A stretch of DNA of 64,000 nucleotides, taken from positions 974,990 to 1,038,989 of the forward strand of contig NMRA01000069.1 in the NCBI GenBank assembly GCA_002633005.1, read 5' to 3'. Shown here piece by piece: positions 51,145 through 64,000 of the stretch. Position numbers and translations under genes: made by a program. The notes below the pieces were generated by a model. It made no database searches, was not told the origin of the DNA, and saw nothing but the letters and a program-made list of their open reading frames with translations. The DNA comes from Phoronis australis (taxonomy: Eukaryota > Animalia > Phoronida). Within the stretch, counting starts at the first letter, position 1. Each line of letters opens with the position of its first letter.

Positions 51145-52429
51145 TGTATTCGTAAGGCCAGACGCATTCTGGCCAGCGATTCAGGGTATACGTTCATAAT
51201 TCGATTACAAGTGAATATATGGTTGCTTTATCCTAATAGCAGTCTTTCGAATAAATAAATCAGATTGTACAAACAATAGTAAAACTGCATTTTGTTGGTT
51301 ACGATGAGATGACAACAATTTAAATAAAAACGCTATAATTATTGAATTGAAAGATATAAATTTAGGTGATCTTCCATTGTTTCAAAATTTGAATGGCAGT
51401 GTCGACTCAGTCACCAGGTAGCGACACTGACTCGACCACGAGTCGGCTCACCGAAAACTGCCAAAAAACATAGTAATCTACATTTCATGAATATCCTCAA
51501 GGGGAGAAGAAATGAAGCCCAGTTATTAAAAGTAGAACAAGTCACTTGCCATATCTTTTCATGTCCGATTTTATAGGATTACCAAGCCATTTGCGTCTGA
51601 AAATATCGCACGTGGTTACATGAGGAGATAACTCGAACAGGCCATGAGTAAGGTCAGTATTTGCTTATGCAGTAACTGGGTGTCGACAGCCAGCGCGTAT
51701 TCTTACGTGTCACTTCAGCTGTTGTAAACCCACTTACAGCAAACAGATTTACCAAACAACTCGTTCTTTTCTCAGAGTAGAACATTACCCGTCGGGCAAA
51801 GCCAACTTGTCAAGTCTGATAACGAGCGACAGTACATGTACTTGTATTTACCAAGCCATGAAATCACTTCAACGTAACGGAACAAATTGAGACTACGTTG
51901 TATACCGTTAAGTAGTCCACAATCGAAATCATATTTTCTACAGAATGCTGGCTTATTCACCGACACAGCGAAATTATAAATGAAGAAGTTTCTTTCACTG
52001 ACGGCCTTTTGAACATGACATATTGACCAACGGGCATAGAGATAAATGAAAAATGTAAGAACAACAGACCCTCTGAGCAACCCGTTTCGTCATTGATATC
52101 ATTTTGCTTAGTCTCGTTTCCAGAATCTGTTAGCAACAGAATCGGGTTTATGTCACGAAAATCTGGATCTTTATTGGGGGACTCTCGAGGCGGGCTCTGT
52201 TTTAACATGCAGTGACAGAGGATTCAAGAGAGATGTCCAGTTGTTGAATAATCCCAGGCCAGAAAGAGTTTACAACTGTGTACGCAGGACAAACTTAAAA
52301 GGGAACTAAACCTTGTTTTGATATGATTTCAACCAATCTTCACTTTGTCACTTGCAAATGCATCATTGACGTCACTCTTCCTAGTTAGAAGCAGGAATCG
52401 CACTTTCTATGTCACACATTGGATATTAT

Positions 52430-52713
52430 CAGTGGCGGATTTGGGGGGGGNAGGGGGCCATGGCCCCCTAAAATTCTACCAGATACCATCCGGGGAGTTC
52501 AGGTGCGCGCAAGCAGGGGCTCGTCAGGGGTGAATAAACAACGAATAGGCCCTGAACAAACTGAACACACCCCGTTTACCGTTTTTTTAGTCAACAGGTC
52601 CGCATTCGAAGCCTCTGCGTCCCCACAATTTAGGCTGGGCGCGCGCGTCTGCCGAAATTCTGGTTATTCCCGTGCCCTGTCCCCCCTAACTCAAAATCCT
52701 GGATCCGCCCCTG
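52430..52713. mobile_element. hAT-like MITE with 5-bp TSD
   Basis: CAGTGGCGGAT...ATCCGCCCCTG termini; ATTAT on both sides. Confidence 0.8.
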
Positions 52714-53824
52714 ATTATGGTTCTTGATGGGTGGTATTTTCCAACTGTTGTCGTGTAATTCGCTAGAAGCGTATGTCACGCTTGTCCGTTAAGCAGACTT
52801 TGACAGGAGTTTCATCACTTTTCCTCCAAAGTTTTGAGGATTGTCGAGGTTACAGAGCAATATTTTGTTTCAGAGTACTGGATGGGAAAGTCGCTTTTAG
52901 TACCTGTTAATAAGTCAAACCCGGGGTTTGTTATCCTTTTCAAGTTAATCAGCCATCATGACTTATCGGTACATGTGTAGCAGCTTATCACACATAGACA
53001 AGTAGTCCGTAGAAATAGAATTTTCTGTTTCGTACTCCAGTCGCTGACCACATTTCAGAGGCACAGTAACACACCATTTACAACAATGACGTGGCAAATT
53101 CTGTCTCGTCTGCTTCTACACGAATGGAGTTCATTGATTGCTTGTGTGGTTAGATATCCGTTGCAAACTTGATTTACTCTGATTTCAAGTTTATGATTTT
53201 GTCTTGACCTTGTTATCGCTTGATGAGGCTTTGATGACTTGTAAGAATCATCACTTAGCGGTTTCTTAATGTTATACTTAATTTCAAACAATGCGACAAA
53301 AGGCGGACGTGTTCGCCAAAAGAAATCACCACCCCCTCCATACATTTCGTCACGCGCTTGCTGCCGACAATTGCATCTTCTGCATAAAGAATCATTTTAG
53401 TGTTCACGTTTCGCTGCATTTCACTAACGAATAATGAGACTTGTTTGCCACACGGAAATGACCGAACAATTTCAAATCCATGCGTATACTTCGGATAATT
53501 ACAAACCATGTGCGACCAGTATAATGTTGTTACAATCAATAAAAGCATAATGGACCATTTCCAAACCGTGAACTCCGGTAACAGAAGAGAAAGAGTTTCG
53601 CGGTTGCTTCGTAGAAGCCTCAGCTTCTTACATCGGTAAATAGCAATGGCAGGACTCACTAAGCTACACAAATGCAAGGAAATACAGAGCACTCCAAAAA
53701 TCTGGGACCGGATTCTAATCTTTGTACTCGAAATAGCGCTCGAGATAACTTTTGACATTTTCCGTTGTACTTTTGCCCGAACTCATGAAGATAAGTGTCA
53801 TTCTTTTCTCGAGTACATTCTTGT

Positions 53825-53888
53825 ACACTTATAGGACTACCTAACCCTAGTTTACACTTATAGGACTACCTAACCCTAGTTTACACTT
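53825..53888. repeat. 29-bp tandem duplication
   Basis: tacacttataggactacctaaccctagtt twice, plus a partial unit. Confidence 0.9.
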
Positions 53889-54965
53889 GACGAGCGCAGC
53901 AATGGGGAATTCGTAAGAAAAGAAGATGAAGTGAGAGAAGCTAACATTAGCGACTAAACAAAATCTACATATGCGCTGAAAATTTAGGGAATATAGTTCA
54001 GAACCCACTGGGACCGTTTCATGAATTAAACCGAGCCCTTTGGCCTACGTATATACAAATGAACTTTTGTACTGAAGTTTACACTATCAGGGCTGAATTT
54101 CTAAAAAAAGGCTCGGCAAAGTCACGTGTTGGTGGTGGTGATTGGGCGGGGGTTAATGTTGTCAGTTAAGAAAGCTGTGCAGATATTTCTAATTAATTGC
54201 CACCGTCAAATCCTCGCTCACAACTAGGTCTTGTTGTCTCTCCGAGTTCTCTGTTCAGTTCTCTGTTCTCCTAGCGTCAATTGTGGTTAGTTAATATTAA
54301 GAGTATTTCAGGCACTCAAGGTTTGTTAGCGTAGTGTAATTTATAGAGTAAAAATCAATGTCCGCTAAAATCAAGCACTTTTACGGTTTATACCTTTAAA
54401 TACAAGTTGGATCGATAACCTAAGGATACTATCTATATAGTTTAAAATAGCAGGAACTCGCTTCATGGAAAATAATCTAAACTTTAAGTCAGATATTTCG
54501 TCTTACGCTCCACTCAACAATTTTCGAAATATAATATCATCTCACTGCAGCTAAAGTACAAAGTCTCTAAAATACTTCCACAGTTGATAGTTGCTACAAT
54601 GCTTTGTTTAAAATAGTTTCAAACTGTGTAGTTTTGACAATTTCCTTGTAAATTTTTTTCTCATCATCTGTGAAATGGGATCGCTCAGCTAGTCAAATTA
54701 TCCAACTTTCAGAAAACAGTATCATATTCCATATAGGTACTAGTAGTCCTTGAGATACCCTCACAACTATGCCTCCAAAGCAAGATCTGTTGCAACTTAC
54801 AACCCACCTAGTTTCTTTTAGCATATGACACCGTCTAGACAACTTATGTAAACCACGTGGCATGCGTGATTGTATAGTGTCATCCTACTAGTGACGAATG
54901 TGACTGCAAAGATGAAAGGAATTACGCCATTCTAATCCACTGACACGTGATACAAGTTATATCAG

Positions 54966-55366
54966 GGCCCGGTCTCCAATCTTTTTACTCGAAATGGAAC
55001 TCGAAATTAGGTTTGGCATTTTCTACTCTACTTTTGGGCGAACTCAAGATAAGTGTCTATTATTCTATGGTCGAGTACACAATAACTTACGTAGATAATT
55101 TATTACCCTTAGTTCACAGTTTTTAAACCCAATATTAAAGCAATAAGTTCGAGTTTGAACTCGAAATTTCGAGTTTTTACTCGAGTTTGTAGCACGAATA
55201 TAAGGGTCTTCAAGGGCAAACTTGAACTAGAAACTCCTATGCATAAACTATAATGTATTCGAGCATCGTCTGATAACCAATTATCTTAAGTTCGCACAAA
55301 ATGAGCAGAGAAATTGCCAAAAATAGTTTTGAGTTCGTTTCGAGTACAAAGATTAGAGACCGGGCC
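54966..55366. mobile_element. MITE, PIF/Harbinger-like
   Basis: About 40-bp imperfect TIRs GGCCCGGTCTC(C/T)AATCTTT(T/G)TACTCGAAA; flanked by a CAG duplication. Confidence 0.85.
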
Positions 55367-58300
55367 CAGATATGCAAGCTAAGTGGAAGCAAGGTCTGCC
55401 GTTGTAGACAGTTTCAAATATACATGTAGGCTAATTTACCGATTGGGGTACCGAGATTTCCGTACAAACATCCTGGACCAAACTTGAAATCCAAATAATA
55501 TTCGGACATATGTTTTACAACGTCGAATATATGCACGCGCAAATTTATCGACCGACCGTAGATTTACAAGAAAATTTGCCGTAAAACTTAAGAGTAGCGC
55601 TGATAGAGGCTCGACAGCAGTTGATTGGTTTGAAGAGCTATGAGTCCCTCCAGATTAGAGACTTTTATGAAGTCACAAGTGATGCAGCTACAGAAATTGT
55701 TATCACAAACGACATGCTCGGATATTGAACAATGTCCTCCACGTTGCTGATAGTCTGACGTATCAAAAACTGCAGTTATCTGTACATGCCCACGTACTAA
55801 CACATTTTGCAAAAATAGAGCTTCAATTTCTGGAATAATAAAGTTAAGGCTCTTGATTTTATCAAATAGCAAGCATTCATTCATGAAAACTGCATCTTCA
55901 GTTGCCTGGCAGATAGCATCACCCGATTGGCATTTGACTTATTAAATGATAAGTAAATTATTCCCAAGCTGCAATTCGACTGGCTAAACGAAAATAGGGT
56001 TGGGTATTTTACTCTCTTAAAATCGGTCTCATATGGCTTTCCATGTTAGTGTCCTGTTTACGCTACCAACAAGAATATTGAAATCATCAGCGACTCAAAG
56101 AATGCTTCAGAGTATATGGGGTGGGGGGTTGGCAAATTTTAAAGCTACGTAGGATTGGTCGTCAAATTACGATTTCAAAAATGATCCATTACGCATTGCT
56201 TAATGGTGACTTGAGTTGGAAACGAAAAAAGAATCCACGGATGGTTAGGGATGCTGTGATACCGACATGATAAGAGTCAAAATGCACAATTCCATTTTCG
56301 TTTCGGCTAACTAAACATGGCGATATACGGCTTTAACTGTTGTCATATGCACGTCTTGTGTTTTAATGTACTTTGAATACATGACTTGCTTTATGCAAAC
56401 GCGACGGAAACGATAAAGAGTGATCACGTGTCGTACGGTGAACATGTGTGGTAAACCCGGGGTTGTAAAAAGTTACTGGATCTCCGTGCTTAACATTTTG
56501 CTGCCGAACATTTAGCTGAATAACGCCAGCAACTGACATAAGTAAACATTAACTCTGGATTTACTTTTGGAATCATTTTAGACAAGTTTCGAGTATTTAT
56601 GAGAGCTAGAGTTTTTTTTAGGCATTTACTAATTGTGGAGAGCTTGTTGTTATTTAAAGTTAGATTTTTGCAATTTGAAATTCAGGCACAAATTGACAAG
56701 CAGGCGTATGAAGAAGAGTTGGAGAGCACATCTTAAGCAGTCACTCTGACGGAGTGAGCATTTCTTTCCTAGCTTAATCTTCCTGCATTCAAGTGACATT
56801 ACTGACGCCAGATCGCCGAGGTTCGTTCTAATCTGAGACAGTAAAACATCTAATTAACCAAGTATTGCGTAAGAGAAATCATGACGCAACTATGACGCCA
56901 ATTTCGCAGTTATTCAATGTCATACATTGAAAGGCTGTTATGACTGTGGCTGATTGACCTGTGCATGAACATTTGCACTAGCTAGCCTATCTTCCTCTTG
57001 TATCAAAGGAACACGGATTAGCACGCAGAGACGTGTTGTGATTTCTAGAGACAGGTCCTTGCAAATATGCGTAGTATTATAGATAGCAAAACGAAACACC
57101 ATTAACAGAAACAAGTTAATGCAATAGAAATTGTTAAAACGTGCTTTGTGGTCACAACCACAACAAACATGAATAGATAATGACATGTTTGTGAATCCTT
57201 GTGCTGGCTTGTGCCAACACAACAACATTGCTTTCTGTTTAAACTAAACAACTTTTTCATGGCGCAAAATCGGAACAGTGCGTGTAACCGCTGCGCATTC
57301 GCTGAAGACCATGGTTACGATTCACAAAATGAAAAGAAGTGTGCGGATAATGGCGATTTCCTGCCATCCAAAATGTAAGAAAATTCAGGGCTGGGAGATA
57401 CTGTTTTCATTTTAGGTAACCCAAGGATGGAATGATTGTTTCTCAGTCCAAAGGCAGCAGTGAGAGAAAAAATGGCGTCGTTAAAAGGCCAGAAGTTATG
57501 CACGCGTCCTTTACACTCTATATTGACAAAACCCTGGGGTTATTGGGTATGTCCTTTCATAACTTTATAGTAGCTCAAGGAACAATAATACGAATCGATT
57601 GATTCGGTACAGCTATTTTCGATATGGTGAGACAGTCAGCCTTTCCAAATAAAACGTATCGATAGTTACTGTAGGCTTAGGCCTACCCGGTAGAAAGGCA
57701 CCCAAAAATCTAGGTTGTTATCTAACATGCCTTATGCACGTAGCGACGGCGATTCCACCAGCTGGCAGACAATGAAATAAACGGAAGCGTGAAATAAATT
57801 TTTGTTTAACTTGAAGTGTTTTTACATGTATTCGGGTGAACGTTATTATCCGAAGGTGCTGTAAATATTTTCACGACCCCGAAAACGCGTGCAGTTAGAC
57901 ATATTTATACCACAAAGTTTTAATCCACATTTTATCACCAACTCCCGTGCAATAACCGTGTCACGTGACCTTCAGTTTGCACGCCGGACAGCGTCAGGTT
58001 TAGTGAAAGGGCGTATCAAGCGTGTGTGGCAAGAAAGCGGTTTAATGATCGTTGTGACGTTACCATTTGGACTTGTTTAGTTCCGAGCTCTAATCCTTAA
58101 CAACAATCATTTCACAAATTTAAGACTTAAAGTCAAAGCTACCAAAAAAGAAATGGAAATGTGTATTCGTGTGAGATTCAGCGGCTACAAAGTCAATTTA
58201 TTACTCATTTTATGTTCAACACAAGAATACGTTCCCTGCTTTCAAATGAAATACCTACAAACTGGTCCAAGACATGTTTCACTCAACATGTTGTTTGCCT

Positions 58301-59722
58301 GTGCATCATTACCGTTCCTGTTCCCTGTAGAAAACAATTTACAACTTCCGGTCATCAAATACTAACATTGTATAGTGTTCATAAGTGTAACACACATTTT
58401 CCTTATGCTGAACACAAAATCCAATTCTCCAGCTCAACATGTTATTTGGTTAATAAGATCAGTGGCAAGCAATACCATATGATTCAAATTAGCATAATTA
58501 TCCGACATGCAAATCATCTCTTGAGGCCTCTAGCTTCTAATAAAATCCATTGACAAAACACAAACGCTCTGTGGGTGCTTTGTATCGAGTTCGAGCATCA
58601 CATTGGAATGGTCTAACATTGTTGCAGCTGCGAATTTAAGTGTAAAGATTACCATGCCAACAAATTTATAACACACTCGCATTTATTGACGATTGATTTC
58701 TAAACTCTCTAATTAATCCTCAAGCATAAGCGCCTCTGTTCAGGGGAGGGCGAGGTTTGAAATTCGGTGTAATAAGGTTTCCTCCCGACCATCGCCAATA
58801 TCCTGCACCCTCCGTTTGGTCGCAACCGGTTTCGCCCCCCTCTCACTCTCCACCACTTTTAACCTTTCCCTCGCTTTCCACTAGTTTCAACCTCCCCCTG
58901 ACTATAGCTTATTTCTTTCTGAGTATTCCGTTAACGATGCGGTTTCTGTTCCTTTGGGTGCTCTGCTCCCAGATCTCTTTCTTAATGTTCCCTAATTTTA
59001 CAAAAAATTTTGCTGAATCCAAGGAGGAATCGACTCCCCTGATCCTCAGCCTAACAGTTCGTCTATGTCCATCAGTCACAAAATCTAGACCCGTGGAATT
59101 GTGGGTAACAAGTGGTCAGGTGATATGTGCGAGATTTTGAGAGGTTTGACATTTGAACGTATTGGGTTACCTTCCGTGACAAGTAAAAAGACAAATTAGG
59201 CAGAAAATTAATGGATTTAAATCTTAAATTTTGTATACACGTGAGCAGTCTCCTGCTGCCCCAAGAAACTTTAATTACTTAAGCGACTAAAGTCCATCAT
59301 CTGATTAATTTTATAATCTTTGAAATATTAATACAACGTGTTTAAAAAGATAGATTCCAATTGAAATTGCAATCACAAACTGGAATAGACCACAATGTCT
59401 ATGCGATAAGAATTCGAAACAGTCATTAACACTGCATGCCTACCCGTTTTTCAGTCGTGCCCGCAATGGGAGCGAACCCTCGGCCCCCTCTTGAGCCACC
59501 TATGGGATATTGTTCGTGCAACAAACGACAAAACCACGTTTTCAAATCGCATGACGATCACATCTACAGCTTACACTCGTTTCTATTTTTTCAACCTCCA
59601 ATCAATACTCTAACTGAGATTCAATACAGGACAGCAAGTGTCAATCTAAAGCTGTAACAATGCTATGCAACTGTATAGAACCCTAAAAATTGATGTCTTA
59701 CCGATAAACCAGCGACTTTTCA

Positions 59723-59935
59723 TTAACTAATAAACGTGTTAGCACTGCGACTGCTCCAATATTTTTCCTGCATAAATCTAACCCTTAAATCGTGACATGC
59801 TGGACATACACGTAAAAAATTATATTCATCTTCCATACTATTTATACAGAAAAGACACACGCGATCAGAATAGGTAACAGAATTATGCCTGCCAGTTTCC
59901 ACAGCTAAATCATGATCTCCCATTGGGAACACCAC
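59723..59935 (-). mobile_element. Non-LTR retrotransposon (LINE) ORF2 3' fragment, degenerate
   Basis: HDLAVETGRH...DRVCLFC...MEDEYNFLRVCPACHDLR matches the H-L-(V/I)ETGR / R-C--C / EDE-HFL--CP-Y--LR C-terminal zinc-knuckle region of LINE ORF2 proteins. Confidence 0.8.
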
Positions 59936-62883
59936 ACCAACATGATTTTATCAAGCATCTTCAAGTAATAATGTTTGTTATTTTGATGAGACCGTGATGT
60001 CAACTGTCTTGTGAACACCAGCTCAACCGTCACGACACAATTCGGATGAAATTTAAATATCCACGCAGCGCTAATTAGGTCCAGCGGAATTGGCAAACCT
60101 CAAACTCAAACAAATCAAGTTAACGGTTGTGAATGTTTACGCTGAAGCGATCAATGAACTCCACTCGGTCCGTGGTTTCATGTGCGGCGCAGAAAAACAA
60201 AGAAAAACAAAACAAAGAATGAGTTTCGCCCACATGAACCAAAATAACGGTGGAGCTTTAAGAAAAACATCCTTAGTACAAAAACTCATTACTTACTTCT
60301 GTCATTGCTTTATAAAAACATAATAGTTAAAGGATGGCGCGAATATCACGTGACTCCCCAGGAGCGTCACAAGCTTTTCTCTGCACGCGTTTGTATTCTT
60401 AATGTTCAGTGCTTTCATTAATTCATCTTAACCTATTTGATTAATGATAAAACAACACAAGATATTGCCTAACTACTCAAGCCATGTGATTGATGTTGAG
60501 AGATGCGAAGAAACTACGACCCAAGTCGATCAATAAGAGCTCTGTGAAGCAACTCTGTCATGAAGGAACACTCTTGATCGACGCAAAACATATTGAAAAT
60601 TAACGCGTGATATCTTGAGACGGATTTCCACGCAGTCGAGTCCTTCAAAGTTTAAGTCGAGGAAGGAACTCACTCCAGTTCTGAGAGGATGCACCACCAG
60701 ACCAGTTTTATAATCGAAAATAACGATGCGCTGCAAAACACGACAGGCGACCGTTCTAACTAGTCCTTCCAGATCAGCGCATCAATTTTTCTCAAGATAT
60801 GCGGATTGGTAACGATTAAAAACTCGTCGCTCAGTCATAGTTGACAACTAAAGCATTTTAATTTCTAGTTTGTCTAAATCAGGCTATTATTTCGCTGTCG
60901 CTCTTAGACAGCTACATTTAAAATGAAAACACGCTGTCTAATCCAACTGAAAACTGTCTGTTTAAAACTGCATTTCGCTTGTGTTTGGCTATCAAATGAT
61001 GATGAATGTTTGATTATCTGGGATTTAAAGGTGTCACCGCATCTTATGTTGCCGAATGAGTAGTCAACCGTCAAGTTACATACCTGTACACGCATGTACG
61101 CCATGTTCGATATCGCAACTTTAGGAATTGCAACCCCAGCAAGCACTTTCTGGTGTCGCTGACGGTTTCGATGTTCTTGTAGGTAGCGGAGATAGAAATC
61201 CGGATATTGTCGGACTGGTTTTGTAAGAGTAACAGACTTTAACAATGCGAAATACAGGCTTTAAAGTGCACCAGACATGATGGAAACAGAAGACGCTATC
61301 GAATGTACTATTTGGTTGATCCAAGATTTTGAGCTTTTAAGGAGCCAGTGTGTGATTCTGCATGTTCAGGCACTTGGAACTAAGTAGGTGACGATAGTTT
61401 ACACGGAGCGTCCTTAAATGGACTTGATGTTCTTTCCTCGGGTTTGATACGTGTCATATACTAACATGATCGCGCAACGAAGATGCGTAATAGAATGAAG
61501 GAATGGAACTTAAAAGTAAACCATTACAAAATACACGAGCACATTGGGATCAATGCTGAATAGACAACCTACTTTTCCAAAAGTCGATTGTCCTCATCGA
61601 ACAGTACGATTTGGCACGCGTTGTCGCGAGGGGGCAAAGCAGCACCGGGCTACGCATGTCGAGGTCTTATCCAATACGATCAATTAATGGACGATAGCGG
61701 TAATTTGAGTGACTGTGCTATGCGACTAATACGGCATATTCATGTATTATCCCTTTTAAAACTGCATCTTTAAAATCAATAGTGTATCAGTATACCACAA
61801 CTCAAACCGTTGTAATTCGAACACTCCAAATCTCATCCATTGATTCTATTTATCATATTTGACTGAAGACAGGCAGGTGTAAACCACAACAAAGTTTGGA
61901 TCACCATTTCACGTAAATAACCTGTGACATAAGCAGTGTTGGCATCGACTCATTTTCCGATTTTCTCGAAACTGCAAAGCCGATACAAATGTTGACATGT
62001 AAAGAAAGCACAAAATGCTGTTATTGCTTTGTATAACCTAAGCCAAAACTTTTCTTTCTCTTCCCCAGTGAACAGAAATATAGGATACCCAACATACACT
62101 GTAAGTGCGAGAGTACACTTCTCCCACCGGGCACTGCATTGTCGGTGGATTCGTTTCAGTGGCCGGGAATTGGAATTCTCGGGCTGCGTCCCGTAGACCT
62201 AACTCGACACGTGCGACAAAAGCTAGATCGCGTGCTTCATTTTTTCTACATGGTAAAATCTCTCTAACACTGCGTGATCTTGTTTTTTTTCGCGAATTCC
62301 TTGTGTTTGCGGAACGCATGTCCGTCCCCCTTCTAACAGATGGCGCGATTACAATAGAGTTCTCTGTCATAAATATTTCATCACTGATTATAGTGTTCGT
62401 CTTTTTATTCTAGGCTTCTCACGACAGGTGCAGCGTCACCGGTGAATGAGAAACGATCAAGCGACATTATCGCGTGGTACTCTACGATCAATGATCCAAC
62501 GCATTTATTCTCATCCACCTTATGGTTTATTTATGAGACTGAAACCTTACTGCTAGAGTTGTGGAACTCTGGCGTCTGTTTGCCTTCAAGATATTGAGCG
62601 ATCATCTAGCCTGAACATCTGGAAGATTTCCGGAAACGTCATCCGAAGACTTTTAATGCCAATCCACAGTTGCAAAGGGCTCAAGTTTGCCTCTGGGTAG
62701 CAGGGCAGATCGATATAAGGATTCGCCGACATCGGACACGACCAAAAAGAGAAAAACGCCGTCGGCATGCCGACTTTAGAACTTGCGCGGACTTTTTTCT
62801 TCAGAAACAGTGTTTGACTCCTCTTACGACATTCTAGACTCCACGATTCTCCTGTTGAAGTACAAGGTCGGTAATCAGCCTCC

Positions 62884-63023
62884 CGTTCAGTAACGCTAGG
62901 ACCTCGCTAAAAAGCAAGACTTCGCAGGATTACGTGAGATATTGCCGTATATTTCAAATTAGAACACGTGTCTCTGACTAGATTTTAGCTAGGTTCTAGC
63001 GTAGGTCCTAGCGTTACTGAACG
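62884..63023. mobile_element. About 140-bp MITE family copy
   Basis: cgttcagtaacgctaggacct...aggtcctagcgttactgaacg, perfect 21-bp TIR. Confidence 0.78.
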
Positions 63024-64000
63024 CACTTCTGGTTTTGGCAAACGTTGGACTTCCGATGTCATGCAGTCTGTTCCTCACGGCTCATTCACAGCCAACGAGA
63101 CGAAGAGGACGACACAAATTAGGGATGGTAGAGAACGCAGAGACGTCAGAGAAGTTGTAGGAGAGAGGAATGAAAGCGAATGCTCAACGCCCCCATATAT
63201 CTGTCACCTCAGGGTATATCCCTGTTGAGTTAATGAACTGGATAACGCCGGCGCACTCGGACAAGGCTCAACGGAATACTATTTAACATTCTTACGTTTT
63301 CTAGAACTTTAAAAAAGTATCAGATCAATTTGATTGCTGCCAGTCCACAAGCACGAAAGTTGGCAACCTCTTTATAAAACTGTGTGTTCCCGGCTCATTA
63401 ATACTACTTGGTAACGGACAACCACTAATGCGGATAGAACCGGCTCACCCATACGTGTACTTCCAGTTTTTCCGGTTCCGCCGTCACTCAGTGAGGTCAA
63501 ACACCTCTCGACTCGAAGGAAGATAAATACAAGGTTGGATATTGAACAAGCTGCTGACTCACCTTCAAAAAAAAAAACAGCAACGAAAGGTCTCCCACGC
63601 GGCAGGTCCGGGTTGTATAATTTTTGCGCGTGGGATTAACAAACTGAAATACAATAGGGGGTGTTGAATTTGACCAACGAAGTTTTATTTGTTTTATAGT
63701 CGTGTATCGTGATGATGTATGCACAGCGACAAAACGTAAAATGCTAGAATAGCGATTGCAACCAAATTTAAAAAAGAGAAACGTTCCCGATGATCCAAGT
63801 CCGACAGAGAAAAGAACATGTGTGGAAAACCATCTTAGACGCATGGATTTCGTACTAAGTTCAAGACCAAAAGACCAAAGTTGAACAATACCAATAAAAA
63901 GTAAATTTGGCAATGAAAATGCAACGTAGAGTATAAAGTACGGTGAGGGACATCGAAAGTTATCGGATAAATTTCCATCATTCAAAACTATTAAGTTTAT

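Noticed and set aside
53255-53758. 167-aa minus-strand ORF
   Set aside because: No motif, no convincing splice partners or paralog.
58741-59041. CAGGGGA...TCCCCTG possible MITE and overlapping 127-aa ORF
   Set aside because: Only a 7-bp inverted terminus and no TSD; the ORF reflects a pyrimidine-rich low-complexity tract.
63497-63985. 162-aa minus-strand ORF
   Set aside because: No recognisable domain; runs through splice-like signals and a T-tract.

Overview
Eukaryotic (animal, probably invertebrate) genomic DNA: AT-rich, with GT-AG introns and many short transposon relics. The main feature is an 18-coding-exon minus-strand gene (CDS 42275 to 10326). My hand-spliced model is phase-consistent at every junction and gives about 2305 aa. 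It encodes a Piccolo-like presynaptic active-zone scaffold: MGNE N-terminus, Rab-binding helix plus zinc finger, long low-complexity/coiled-coil middle, PDZ, one C2A and no visible C2B. Upstream is a head-to-head pair of divergent paralogous genes (47736-48827 minus; 49084-51144 plus, 2 exons). Their shared domain resembles the FAM71/GARIN RAB2-binding domain, and the minus gene ends in an extremely Cys-rich tail. The remainder is intron/intergenic sequence with several MITE families, a LINE 3' fragment, a tRNA-SINE-derived hairpin and short tandem repeats. All homology calls are by eye from remembered family motifs; no search was run.
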